Source: an uncultured Pseudomonadales bacterium (GTDB taxonomy: Bacteria; Patescibacteriota; Microgenomatia; UBA1400; PJMF01). Taken from it: a stretch of 64,000 nt of DNA. A program made the translations under genes and the position numbers. Shown piece after piece: positions 49,539 to 59,584 of this stretch; position 1 is the first letter of the stretch; the number at the start of each line of letters is the position of its first letter. The notes under the pieces were generated by a model. It was not told the DNA's origin and did no database searches. It was given only the letters and a program-made list of their open reading frames with translations. The DNA is taken from assembly GCA_964650185.1 (NCBI GenBank), contig CAZYRN010000001.1:46284-110283 (forward strand). Direction: 5' to 3'.

Positions 49539-50741
49539 ATGAAAAAGTATGTAACTATTGCCACTTTGCTTTCAGCACTAGTGACTCTGCCAATTGGTTG
49601 GTTGTTAGGCGCTAGATTCGGCTGGCCACTGCTTGAACAAAGTCAGCTGCTGTCACCGCTGCTGGATCCGGTCGAACCGGCGATTAAAGAGTATCCATTA
49701 GCTAAATTTAGTATTGGCGCTTTAGCCCAGTACCCCTACTCCTCGAGTAATATTGAAATTGAAGAAATCTTGGTTGAAGAGGATGACTACACTAGCTATT
49801 TATTTTCTTATCAAACGATGGGGAAAAAAATGACTGGTCAGGTTAACGTTCCGAGCCAGCCAGCTCCAGCGAGTGGTTTTCCTACAATCTTGATGTTGCG
49901 CGGCTGGGCTCCCCAAGCCAGCTATCGCACCGGAGTTGGCACCAGCCCAGCCGCCGCCGTGTTAGCACGAGCAGGTTTCGTCACCATCGCTCCTGATTTT
50001 TTCGGCTACGGCAGCAGTGATCCTGAATTTGACGATGCTTGGCTAGCTAGATTTCAAAAACCAATTCAGGTGATTGAACTGCTTAAATCAGTTGAGGCTC
50101 AACCCCAGCTCGCTTTGCCCGCCACAACTTCTACTACAGTCTCCAGTGCCACAGTCTCAGACACCTCCACACTTTCATCAATTAAACTTAACACAAACAG
50201 CCTCGGCTTTTGGGCACACAGTAATGGCGGCCAAATTGCCCTAACTGTCTTAGAAGTACTGCAGCGGCCTATTCCCACTACCCTGTGGGCACCTGTCACT
50301 GCTCCTTTTCCCTACTCGATTCTCTACTTTTCTGATGAGGAACCTGACGAGGGTAAATCGATGAGAAAAAATCTTTCTCTTTTCGAGACAGATTATGATG
50401 TCTTTGATTTTAGCTTAACTCAGCATCTCAACTTACTAATGGGACCGATTCAGCTTCATCAAGGTACAGCTGATGAGGCCGTGCCGGTGGTGTGGAGTAA
50501 TGAGTTTGTCGATAAGATTAAAGCGGAAAATATTAGACGCAAGAGTTTGCAAGAGGCAGCTACAGCAGATCAGCTTAATTCGACCCAAGCCGCTGAGAAT
50601 GAAGAGCTCAATCCTTTACTTCCTGAAATTGACTTGACCTATCACGTCTATCCAGGTTCAGACCACAATCTCCGACCAGCCTGGGATACGGTCGTGCAAA
50701 GAGACCTGCAATTCTTCCAAGAACAGTTTGAGTTAGATTAA
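49539..50741 (+). CDS. Alpha/beta hydrolase (prolyl oligopeptidase-like), membrane-anchored
   Basis: APDFFGYGSSD, WAHSNGG (nucleophile), HQGTADEAVP, YPGSDH. Confidence 0.88.
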   Translation: MKKYVTIATLLSALVTLPIGWLLGARFGWPLLEQSQLLSPLLDPVEPAIKEYPLAKFSIGALAQYPYSSSNIEIEEILVEEDDYTSYLFSYQTMGKKMTGQVNVPSQPAPASGFPTILMLRGWAPQASYRTGVGTSPAAAVLARAGFVTIAPDFFGYGSSDPEFDDAWLARFQKPIQVIELLKSVEAQPQLALPATTSTTVSSATVSDTSTLSSIKLNTNSLGFWAHSNGGQIALTVLEVLQRPIPTTLWAPVTAPFPYSILYFSDEEPDEGKSMRKNLSLFETDYDVFDFSLTQHLNLLMGPIQLHQGTADEAVPVVWSNEFVDKIKAENIRRKSLQEAATADQLNSTQAAENEELNPLLPEIDLTYHVYPGSDHNLRPAWDTVVQRDLQFFQEQFELD

Positions 50742-50755
50742 CCGATAATTAAAAT

Positions 50756-51886
50756 TTACTCTTCAATGTCAGCTTCCACTAACGGCAGTTGATCAGGATC
50801 TGATAGCTCCTGACCATGAAAACTTTCTACTTCCTCAACTCGGCGATCCATCTGCCTAAATCTAGTACTAGTTAAATCATCATAAGCACGCTTCAGCGTA
50901 TCTATTGATCGGCCATATTTTTCAAATTGATCTTTAAATTTCACCCACTCTTGAGTGAAAGCATTGACTTGCACCACTACTTCTCGCAGTTTATCTTCTA
51001 GCATGAAGTTGCGGTAGCTTTCCCGAACTGTACCAGCCACTATCAGGAAAGTGAACGGCGACACAATCATGACTCTTCTTTCCAGCGCCTCATCTACTAT
51101 TTCCGGCATATGCTGGTTTATAAATGAAAAGACCATCTCATTTGGTACAAACATGATGGCATAATCAAGTGTATTTTTATCTGGCCGAATATACTCAGCC
51201 ACTTTAGTAACTTTGATTTTCAGATCTTTTCTAAACTGTTTAACATGAATCTCTTTACCTGCCTTGGTGTCTGCTTCTGTCATCTTTTGAATTTCTGCAT
51301 AAGGAAACTTAACGTCAACCGGCACCTGGCGTTTATTTGGCAGAAGCAAGGTAATATCTGGTTTGAGATTAGTGTTGCCAATAAAACTCTGCCGCAGATA
51401 GTGAGTGCCCTCAACTAAGCCATGTGAGCTTAACAAGTCTTCAATGATCCGCTCACCCCAGGCACCCCGCGTTTGATTGTTCGAGAGCACTTTCGCCAAT
51501 TGAGTCGTCGAAGTCTCCAGCTCCTTAGTCAACTTCCGATGCTCCTCCAATTGACTAGTCAACTCCCCAAAGGACTTATTTCTATTTAGCTCTATTTTAT
51601 GAATCTCTTCTTGGCGCTGCTTCATATCGTCTTGCAGCTGTTTAACCAGATTTTCAATGGTACGCTGTTTGTTTTCTAAATCTACCTTGATTGCTTCTTT
51701 CTCACTATCTAAAACTTGCTTGCTTTGCTCAACTATTTTATTAGTGCTTAAACTAAAAACTTTATGCACCATATTCTCAACTTGCTCATCATTTCCGCCC
51801 GCAGTCAGTTTCCGCTGTAGAAAAATAAATAAGCTGACAAACCCCAGCACAATCACGCCCAAAATTAAAATAAGATCAATTGACAT
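50756..51886 (-). CDS. rmuC: DNA recombination protein RmuC
   Basis: RGAWGE, KPD, VDVKFP, YAIMFVPNE, VSP; start set at MSIDL (51886). Confidence 0.93.
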   Translation of the reverse strand: MSIDLILILGVIVLGFVSLFIFLQRKLTAGGNDEQVENMVHKVFSLSTNKIVEQSKQVLDSEKEAIKVDLENKQRTIENLVKQLQDDMKQRQEEIHKIELNRNKSFGELTSQLEEHRKLTKELETSTTQLAKVLSNNQTRGAWGERIIEDLLSSHGLVEGTHYLRQSFIGNTNLKPDITLLLPNKRQVPVDVKFPYAEIQKMTEADTKAGKEIHVKQFRKDLKIKVTKVAEYIRPDKNTLDYAIMFVPNEMVFSFINQHMPEIVDEALERRVMIVSPFTFLIVAGTVRESYRNFMLEDKLREVVVQVNAFTQEWVKFKDQFEKYGRSIDTLKRAYDDLTSTRFRQMDRRVEEVESFHGQELSDPDQLPLVEADIEE

Positions 51887-51931
51887 AACTAGAGTATACT
51901 GTAGATAGCAAATTGATTCATCTCTCGTTGT

Positions 51932-52414
51932 ATGCAAAAGGCAAGATCCAGGCTAAAAAAATCACCAGCAGTTAGGAGTGAGTCAAATTCTCCTGAATTT
52001 CTCTCAAGAAAAGCTGTTAAACCACCCAAAATCAGGCGATCTCCAGCCGTCCCTAGTCCAACTATTCAGCGTTACCTCCGTCATCTGCCAATTTTATTTT
52101 TTTCGCTATTTTTTTACGGATCACTGTTTTTTTTAACCAAAAATTACTATCCCGACGCCATCAGGCATTTTATTTTGCCAAATACTTACCTGCCATTTCA
52201 GTTACTGCTGTTCCTAGCCAACTGGAGTTTATTTAGTTTCATTTTCTTACACACAAGACGAGGTTTTTTGATTAGTCTAATTTTACAGATGCTGATCTTT
52301 TTGAAATTACAACAAATCAGCGTCACACCAGTCTTAGTGCTGAGCATAGTTGGCGGAATAACAATCTTAGAAGTTCTGCTCTCACTCTCGAAACGTCTGG
52401 TGCACTCGAAATAA
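51932..52414 (+). CDS. Hypothetical membrane protein with basic N-terminus
   Basis: K/R/P-rich N-terminus followed by 4 TMs. Confidence 0.7.
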   Translation: MQKARSRLKKSPAVRSESNSPEFLSRKAVKPPKIRRSPAVPSPTIQRYLRHLPILFFSLFFYGSLFFLTKNYYPDAIRHFILPNTYLPFQLLLFLANWSLFSFIFLHTRRGFLISLILQMLIFLKLQQISVTPVLVLSIVGGITILEVLLSLSKRLVHSK

Positions 52415-52462
52415 TTTTTGTTATAATTGGAGATATCTTGATATCTTTTGTTCCCCTATTTC

Positions 52463-52843
52463 ATGCAAACATCTTCTAAATCACTTACCGAAAATCAACA
52501 GCAAGATCTTGTGAAACGGTTTTTGATTTTATTGAGTGATATTCGCCGCCCTGAGGAGGCTGCCGCTTTTTTTTATACTTTTTTAACTAATACCGAACAA
52601 CAGGTTTTTGTCAAAAGACTAGCTATTGTCTGGATGCTCAGTGAAGGCAAATCGTATGAAGAAATTCGCCAAGCTCTCCATGTCTCCAGCGCCACAATTT
52701 CTTCGGTCGCTCAGCAAAAAGATGATCAAGGCATGCAGTTGTTAATTAAAAAGATGAGGATTGATGACTGGGCTGATAAATGGGCTGAGAAAATTAGTCA
52801 GGTATTACCATTTACTAAGAAAGTTGGCGAAAGTGGCAGCTAA
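52463..52843 (+). CDS. TrpR-like protein (YerC/YecD family)
   Basis: FLTNTE...KRLAI...GKSYEEI...VSSATISSV. Confidence 0.85.
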   Translation: MQTSSKSLTENQQQDLVKRFLILLSDIRRPEEAAAFFYTFLTNTEQQVFVKRLAIVWMLSEGKSYEEIRQALHVSSATISSVAQQKDDQGMQLLIKKMRIDDWADKWAEKISQVLPFTKKVGESGS

Positions 52844-53237
52844 GAATGAGATTAGTTTCGGTTTAACCTATGTTCCTGAGAGGTTTTCAGGTGAAAATAA
52901 AGCTTTAGGCAGTCTTGTAGCTGCCTTAATTGTGATTAATAAACAGCTTGTAGATATAGTAGACCAAGTCTACCTAGATAGATTTCCCCAGCAGGATCAA
53001 ACTTCTCAAAAGCTTTTTTCAGATTTACAGGCAAGAGAAACGATCATATTCAATCTGGGACAACTTTCACCCGAAGAAATAGCAAGAGTACTAGATGTCA
53101 TTGAAAAACAATTGACTTTTTATAATTTTGCCGTTGAAATATTAACTCTCGGTGCAAATAGAGATCTAGATTGGCCAGAGCCAGTTGAACTTGAATCAAC
53201 TCAATTCGTGCAGGTAAATGTTGGCTTTGCTGATTAG
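52833..53237 (+). CDS. Hypothetical protein (start uncertain)
   Basis: Open frame 52761-53237; GTG at 52833 overlaps the end of the upstream gene. Confidence 0.5.
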   Translation: MAAKNEISFGLTYVPERFSGENKALGSLVAALIVINKQLVDIVDQVYLDRFPQQDQTSQKLFSDLQARETIIFNLGQLSPEEIARVLDVIEKQLTFYNFAVEILTLGANRDLDWPEPVELESTQFVQVNVGFAD

Positions 53238-53248
53238 AACATCAAGCT

Positions 53249-56200
53249 TTAACCCACCTCTTCAATGAAAGCATAGCTATAAGCCTTGACCAAGATAAGC
53301 AAGGCGATAGCAGCTGGAATATACCAGTCAGCCACTAGTCTTAACATCGTACCAGCTTGATACTGGCTGGGGTTAATCAACAACACAGCCAGCGCAATTA
53401 CAACTAGGGTCACAATGATGGATAACAGATGCTTGAGCAAGCCTGGCTCACGTTTTAAGACATTCTCAATGAGGAGTAACAACAGAAGCTGAATTGCTAA
53501 AAGTACCCAAGGCAACCGCTGCTGCAGCCAATTATTCAGCTCTTGAGTAGTTCCTAATACCTCACCATTGTCTTCTCCATCAGCTGCAGCCATAACCGCT
53601 TCATCTGTCGAGACACCCTGCACTTCTCCAGCGGGAGCAAAGTCAGTCGCAGGCGCTCCCGGCTCAACACCAGCTGCTCCTGCAATTTGCCCTGTATTGA
53701 CTTCATTGGAGTTGTCACTCTGATTATGAGCCGCATCCATGGCTCGAACGACAAAGTAATAGCTGCCAGCACCTAAACCTTGCACTTCATACTCAGTCAC
53801 TTGACCAACATTAGCTCCGTAAATATGCTCACCAGAGGTGGTGCCATAAAATATCAGGTAGTTAGCGGCGTCCTCAATCTCAGTCCAGCCAAGGAACGCA
53901 GAGCCTTCACCTGTGGAAATTAAAGTCACTGTTGGCGCAGCTGGAGCTGATCGATCAACAATTAGCTCCTTACTGGCAGATTTGGAATTGCCGACTGCAT
54001 CAAAAGCAGTTACCTTGACCTGCCAAGTGCCCTCAGTCAATTGGTCAATCTCAGTTGAGAAAGTTGTTGAGTTGACGGTCTTACTGTGACGAGTATCACT
54101 GTCATTGAGCCTCCACTCAATCTGATACTTATCAACATTGACATTGTCATGAGCCTTACCCCAACTCACCTCAGCAGTAGTGCCACTGGTAGGATTGGGA
54201 TTAACTTTAATACTTTGCGGACCTTCATCAAGGCCTGTCTCATCCCAACGAACACTCTTAATACCCTCTTCAGTAGCAGAGAAGTTGTTGGCTTTGTCAA
54301 AAGCACTGTAGTAGAGCACATGACTGCCCTCACTTGGGACTTGAGTAGAGACTGTTTTTTCAGCCACAGATTCCCAACTGCCGTCGTCCCATTTGTATTG
54401 GAGCGAATCAAAGTTTTCATCGGTGACTGTTAAAGTAATAGTAGGCCGAGTTACATACCAGCTGTTTTTGCCATCAGGAGCAGCGGGATTTATGGTCAAC
54501 TCCACTTCAGGAATGGTTTTATCAACAATAATTGTCAGTTGATGAGTCGACTCAACATTGCCCGCCACATCCTCAGCATGAGAACGAATGACGTAGGTAA
54601 CGCCATCCTTGACATGTTCTGCGGGCAAACTGTACTGCCAGTCAACATTTTTAGCTGGAGCATCAGTCGGATTAAGAGGAAATTTTACCTCATCACCTGA
54701 ACCTGCTATCCAAGCAGAGCCATCCCAGTAGTAATTATCACTGCCCGCAGTTCTTTGAATTGAAAGTTGAACATTCGCTACACCCTCATTGTCGGTAGCG
54801 GTACCAGTCAGCTCACCGTTCCAAAGATTATTAAAGGCTGTGATTTCAGATCCTTCAGATTCTGAAACAATCTCAGATGAGCCTTCAGGAAGATTGATCA
54901 AGCTGGAGGGGTGGGCGTTGTCGATGATAACTTTGACAGTTTTTACTGAAACTGCACTCTTCTTATTATTAGCTTTGTCTCTAGCTTCTAATCTGATAGT
55001 GTACTCACCGTCTGGATCATTGTTGGTTAGCCAAGTGTAATTAATTTCTGCATCTGGACCATTATGATAAATAGTGCCTGGACCAGCCACTACTTTTCCT
55101 TGATCATTCAAAATTACTAAATAGTAGCGCCATAAATTGGAATCACTAACATCAGCAGTAATAAATACCTCACCTGCTACAAAACCACCTTCCGCTGGAG
55201 AAGTAATACTTACTTCAGGAGCTAAAGTATCAATAATAACCTCCTTCTCAAGGATATTTGATTTATTGCCGGCGTTGTCGATGGCTTGAACTCGAATCAA
55301 ATACTCTCCATCTGCCAACTCTGCAGGTGAGAATGAGAAAGCTCCTTCATTATAGTTAGCTGGAGTCCAATCTCTGAGGATGATGCCTGATTGATCTTTA
55401 ATTTGGTAATTAACTTGGTCAATGCCAGCCAAATAAATATCGTTAGCTTTTCCTGTCAGGTTGGGGGTGGAATCATTGGTAATCAGATCTTGATCATTAT
55501 CCCAAGAGATGACCGGTGCATCATTATCAATAGTTAATTCATAACTTTCACTCCAGGAGCTCCAGTTGCCAGCAGCATCTCTCGCTCTGACTCGCCACCA
55601 GAAGTGAATGCTGGCTTGCCTATCAACTCCCTTTTCCACACCTTTTTGAAATCTTTCATGTATTATTCGAGAACAAATTTCACCTTCATCTCCAGGGTCA
55701 ACTGCACAACTTTGATACTGATATTCAACTGCATCATCTTCCTCAGTCCATTCCTGAATTATTAAGGGAGTTTTATTATGACTTAGCACTTTTTGGTCTC
55801 CTGGGCTGATTAGCTCAGGTGCATCTGGCGCTTGGGTATCAACAGTGACATTCCAAATCTCACTCCATGCACTTTTATTACCGACTTCGTCAACAGATCT
55901 AACCTGCCAATACCAAGTACCATCTGGTGTTCCATTGGCATTTTGTTTGGGGGAAGTTAAACCAGACTTAGTATATTGAACATGGGTTAACACTCCATCT
56001 ACCTCAGCTGGATTTTTGGTTGAATGATAATCATAGGTTATCCCTGTTTCACCATTACTAACATCATTCCATTCTAAGTTAAATATGTTTGTGTTTAGTA
56101 ATTCTTCATGATGAGTGCCGCCAGTTGGGACATTAGGAGCTTTGTTGTCAATTAGGTACTTTTTTGGTTTGGATGATCTATTGTTATTCGCTAAATCTCT

Positions 56201-58027
56201 AAACCTAAATTTAAGATTGTAGGTACCCAAATATCCTTCTCTAACAAAATCTCTAGTATTAACAACTGCCTGATAACTATTGTTTGCTGTATTCACACAC
56301 TTATAACTCCCTGACTCTTGCACAGTATATGGAGATTCGAAATCATTATTATCAACAAACTTTACATAACAGTATCCCTCATCAAAGCCAGTGCCTGCTT
56401 CAATTACATCAAATGTAACAATAACCTCACCAGCAATTTTTCCGCTTACTTCAGGATTCACCTTGATGTTGGTAATCACAGGAGGTGTACGATCGATAGT
56501 GAAATAGTGATCGCCACCATTGGCTTTGTTTTCTGATAAATCCCATCCTCTTATACCTAAAACATATTCTCCATCTCCTAAGTTACTTATGTCAAACCAA
56601 TGTGAAACTTCTTCACTAAGTTCATCATAATTACCATCCGCAGCAGGTATAGTGGTCCAGTTGTAAAATACTTTAGATTTATCTTTATTCCAAAGTGCGA
56701 ATTTCACTGATTCAATTCTTGATTGATTATCAGTAATTTGACCATCGATGTTAAATCCATTACTTTTAGAATTTATAATATCTTTACTAATTCGAAAATT
56801 ATTCATTTGGGGACTAGTTTTATCAAGAGAAAATTTGGTCCAGTCAAAAAGATAGTCACTTTCAGGACTGGCACTCATTCTAACCTCAACATAATCAGTT
56901 ACAGTGAAAGTTTTCTCTGTGACTCCGGTTGAGTTTAATGAAACTGTTTTGGGTGCTCCTCCATCAATTCTGGCTTGATACTTAATTGAGCCAAATGTTT
57001 GTTTATCAAAACTTAGGGTAATTTCTCCATTTGGTGATGATTTAATGAAGTTTACGTGGGGCCATTTATTGGCACGATTGACATCATTTGTGCTATATTT
57101 TTTTACATCAAATCTAGTCCAATCAAATCTTTCATCCGACTCTGCTCCGTAAACCATCCGGATTTCAATATATTCATTTGCATGGATGGTCTTACTAACA
57201 TTACTATTGTTTACGCACACGCTTGGGTATTCACCATCATCAATGAATATATTCTCATTTACTTGTTTAACTTTCTGACTGGTATCTCCGTCAATCCTAT
57301 ATTCAAAACAACTAGCAAAAGATCTTGTACTTACAAATTCAAAAGTTATTCTGCCCGGTAACTTTGCCTGCTTAACATTTACATGTGCCCAACCCTTATC
57401 TCTATTGACATCATTTGTGCTTGGTGTGGCATTAACACTCATTAGTGAAAAGGCTGATTCAAACGTACTCATCATCCTTCCCAGCACCGAAGGACTATCA
57501 ATCTCGGCTATCTCATTACTTAAAATCTCAGCTTCAGCATCACCTTCCACCCACCCCAACTCATCCTCACTCAACCCCATCTCATCGCTATCATGCTTTT
57601 CCACTAACCCAACTTCTTCCTCAATCAACTCAAATTTCAGAGCGGTAATTTTGTCTCCATCTCGCACCTTCAACACCCCTCGGCTTGCTTCATCCGCTGT
57701 GCAAATTCCATCAGAACATGTTCCAAAATAAATTGAGTGATCCTCAGCGGTCAACTTACCCTCAGCAGCCTCAACTTGGCCATCGATCTCATCATAATAG
57801 TAAATTCCAAACGGAAGTTCGGTCTCATCACCAACCTCAACTCTTAACTCATTCTCAGCTACCAAATACTGCAACTCAAATTGAGTCTTAACTTCAAAAT
57901 CAGCTTCCTGAGCGAATACAGGCTGTGTAAGAAAAACTGGCGCAAGGGGAGACAGAATTAATTGCAGAGAAAGCAACATGGCAGCGACCTTATTAAAGGT
58001 TTTTAGCATTGTGCGCCATTTAGACAT
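53249..58027 (-). CDS. Large secreted surface protein with Ig-like and fibronectin type III repeats and a C-terminal TM anchor
   Basis: Signal ending VFA; repeated D-x-T/A-P and GxY...DxAGN motifs; WYWQVR/WWRVRA FN3 motifs; GEVQG/GEVLG then 3 TMs. Confidence 0.88.
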   Translation of the reverse strand: MSKWRTMLKTFNKVAAMLLSLQLILSPLAPVFLTQPVFAQEADFEVKTQFELQYLVAENELRVEVGDETELPFGIYYYDEIDGQVEAAEGKLTAEDHSIYFGTCSDGICTADEASRGVLKVRDGDKITALKFELIEEEVGLVEKHDSDEMGLSEDELGWVEGDAEAEILSNEIAEIDSPSVLGRMMSTFESAFSLMSVNATPSTNDVNRDKGWAHVNVKQAKLPGRITFEFVSTRSFASCFEYRIDGDTSQKVKQVNENIFIDDGEYPSVCVNNSNVSKTIHANEYIEIRMVYGAESDERFDWTRFDVKKYSTNDVNRANKWPHVNFIKSSPNGEITLSFDKQTFGSIKYQARIDGGAPKTVSLNSTGVTEKTFTVTDYVEVRMSASPESDYLFDWTKFSLDKTSPQMNNFRISKDIINSKSNGFNIDGQITDNQSRIESVKFALWNKDKSKVFYNWTTIPAADGNYDELSEEVSHWFDISNLGDGEYVLGIRGWDLSENKANGGDHYFTIDRTPPVITNIKVNPEVSGKIAGEVIVTFDVIEAGTGFDEGYCYVKFVDNNDFESPYTVQESGSYKCVNTANNSYQAVVNTRDFVREGYLGTYNLKFRFRDLANNNRSSKPKKYLIDNKAPNVPTGGTHHEELLNTNIFNLEWNDVSNGETGITYDYHSTKNPAEVDGVLTHVQYTKSGLTSPKQNANGTPDGTWYWQVRSVDEVGNKSAWSEIWNVTVDTQAPDAPELISPGDQKVLSHNKTPLIIQEWTEEDDAVEYQYQSCAVDPGDEGEICSRIIHERFQKGVEKGVDRQASIHFWWRVRARDAAGNWSSWSESYELTIDNDAPVISWDNDQDLITNDSTPNLTGKANDIYLAGIDQVNYQIKDQSGIILRDWTPANYNEGAFSFSPAELADGEYLIRVQAIDNAGNKSNILEKEVIIDTLAPEVSITSPAEGGFVAGEVFITADVSDSNLWRYYLVILNDQGKVVAGPGTIYHNGPDAEINYTWLTNNDPDGEYTIRLEARDKANNKKSAVSVKTVKVIIDNAHPSSLINLPEGSSEIVSESEGSEITAFNNLWNGELTGTATDNEGVANVQLSIQRTAGSDNYYWDGSAWIAGSGDEVKFPLNPTDAPAKNVDWQYSLPAEHVKDGVTYVIRSHAEDVAGNVESTHQLTIIVDKTIPEVELTINPAAPDGKNSWYVTRPTITLTVTDENFDSLQYKWDDGSWESVAEKTVSTQVPSEGSHVLYYSAFDKANNFSATEEGIKSVRWDETGLDEGPQSIKVNPNPTSGTTAEVSWGKAHDNVNVDKYQIEWRLNDSDTRHSKTVNSTTFSTEIDQLTEGTWQVKVTAFDAVGNSKSASKELIVDRSAPAAPTVTLISTGEGSAFLGWTEIEDAANYLIFYGTTSGEHIYGANVGQVTEYEVQGLGAGSYYFVVRAMDAAHNQSDNSNEVNTGQIAGAAGVEPGAPATDFAPAGEVQGVSTDEAVMAAADGEDNGEVLGTTQELNNWLQQRLPWVLLAIQLLLLLLIENVLKREPGLLKHLLSIIVTLVVIALAVLLINPSQYQAGTMLRLVADWYIPAAIALLILVKAYSYAFIEEVG

Positions 58028-58057
58028 ATGACCTTTCTCTTAAATTTTCTTGCACGT

Positions 58058-58086
58058 ATATTAACACACTAAATCATACTGTGCAA
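58058..58086 (-). promoter_or_regulatory. Sigma70-type promoter of the large surface protein
   Basis: TTGCAC-17 bp-TAATAT with TG extension. Confidence 0.5.
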
Positions 58087-58159
58087 TGAAAATGCCGCCT
58101 GTTGGTGATTTGCCTGAGGTTATATATAATAGGTCTTTGTGACGAAGATACCACATAAT

Positions 58160-59578
58160 ATGTCGCCTCATAATTTTTATCTCACCACCACCCTACCCTA
58201 CGTCAACGCTGCGCCCCATATCGGTTTTGCTTTAGAAATTGTGGCGGCTGACGTGATTGCCCGCTACCAGCGTTCTTTAGGTAAAGAGGTCATCTTTAAC
58301 ACTGGCACTGATGAGCATGGTCAGAAAATTTATGAAAAAGCTCTTGAGGCTGATCTAGCTCCTCAAGATTACGTTGATGAGTATGCGGCTCACTTTAGTC
58401 AATTAAAGGATCAGTTAAATCTTAGTTATTCTCACTTTATCCGCACTACTGACGCTCACCATGTCACCGCTGCTCAGCATTTTTGGCAGCTCTGTGATGA
58501 AAAAGGCTATATTTATCTTGATAGTTATCAAGTTAAGTACTGTGTTGGCTGTGAGTTGGCTAAAACTGAATCTGAGCTTGTCGACGGCAAATGTCCGCTC
58601 CACCCTCTTCAGGAGCTAGAACTCAGAGAAGAAGAAAATTACTTTTTCAAATTTTCCGCTTTTCAAGAACAGTTGTTAGCTTTGTATGAGTCTCAGCCTC
58701 ACTTTGTAAAACCTGAAGGAAAATTTAAGGAGATTAAAAGTTTTGTCGCTCAAGGTTTGCAGGATTTTAGTATTTCTCGACTTAAAGAAAAGATGCCGTG
58801 GGGCATCACTGTACCTGGCGATGAAAATCACGTGATGTATGTGTGGTTTGACGCATTAGTTAATTACATCTCGACTTTGGGCTGGCCAGATAACGAGCAG
58901 CAATTTCAGCAGTTTTGGCCGGGAGTGCAATTAGCCGGTAAGGATAATTTACGGCAGCAGTCAGCCATGTGGCAAGCGATGCTTATGGCCGCTGGTCTAC
59001 CAAATTCGCAGCAAATTTTAATTAACGGTTTTATTGGGGTGGATGGTCAAAAGATGAGTAAATCATTAAACAATGTCATCTCTCCTCAAGAAATGGTCGA
59101 TAGGTATGGTCAAGATGCGACTCGTTACTTACTAATTAATTTAGGCGCATTTGGCGATGATATGGATGTAACTTGGGAAAAACTTGATACTACTTATACA
59201 GCAGATTTAGCTAATGGCATTGGTAATCTTTGTTCAAGAGTGGCTAAAATGGCGGAACAAGATGGGTTTTCAGTTGAAGCAAGTGGTCAAACTGGGAGTG
59301 TTGAATATCACCAACTGATGACAAATTATGATTTAACTCCAGCACTTCAATTAACTAAAGAGCTGGTAACTGCTACCGATCAATACCTAAGTGAAACAAC
59401 CCCTTGGCAGAAAGAGCCGGCAGAGCGTGAGCAAATTTTACGACAGGCTATTACCCAGATTTTGCAAATTGCCGAGCAACTGACACCAGTCATGCCTAAC
59501 ACAGCTGCTGAGATTAAAGCTCATTTCAGTGGAACAGTGAGCAGTTTTCAGCCACTTTTTCCTAGACTACCGGCATAA
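58160..59578 (+). CDS. metG: Methionine--tRNA ligase
   Basis: YVNAAPHIG, GTDEHGQK, CVGC...CPLH, YVWFDAL, KMSKS (start GTG 58139 or ATG 58160). Confidence 0.96.
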   Translation: MSPHNFYLTTTLPYVNAAPHIGFALEIVAADVIARYQRSLGKEVIFNTGTDEHGQKIYEKALEADLAPQDYVDEYAAHFSQLKDQLNLSYSHFIRTTDAHHVTAAQHFWQLCDEKGYIYLDSYQVKYCVGCELAKTESELVDGKCPLHPLQELELREEENYFFKFSAFQEQLLALYESQPHFVKPEGKFKEIKSFVAQGLQDFSISRLKEKMPWGITVPGDENHVMYVWFDALVNYISTLGWPDNEQQFQQFWPGVQLAGKDNLRQQSAMWQAMLMAAGLPNSQQILINGFIGVDGQKMSKSLNNVISPQEMVDRYGQDATRYLLINLGAFGDDMDVTWEKLDTTYTADLANGIGNLCSRVAKMAEQDGFSVEASGQTGSVEYHQLMTNYDLTPALQLTKELVTATDQYLSETTPWQKEPAEREQILRQAITQILQIAEQLTPVMPNTAAEIKAHFSGTVSSFQPLFPRLPA

Positions 59579-59584
59579 CTAACC

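Noticed and set aside
58028-58159. T-box or SAM riboswitch upstream of metG
   Set aside because: No UGGNACC antiterminator or terminator hairpin; the space is taken by divergent promoter-like elements.
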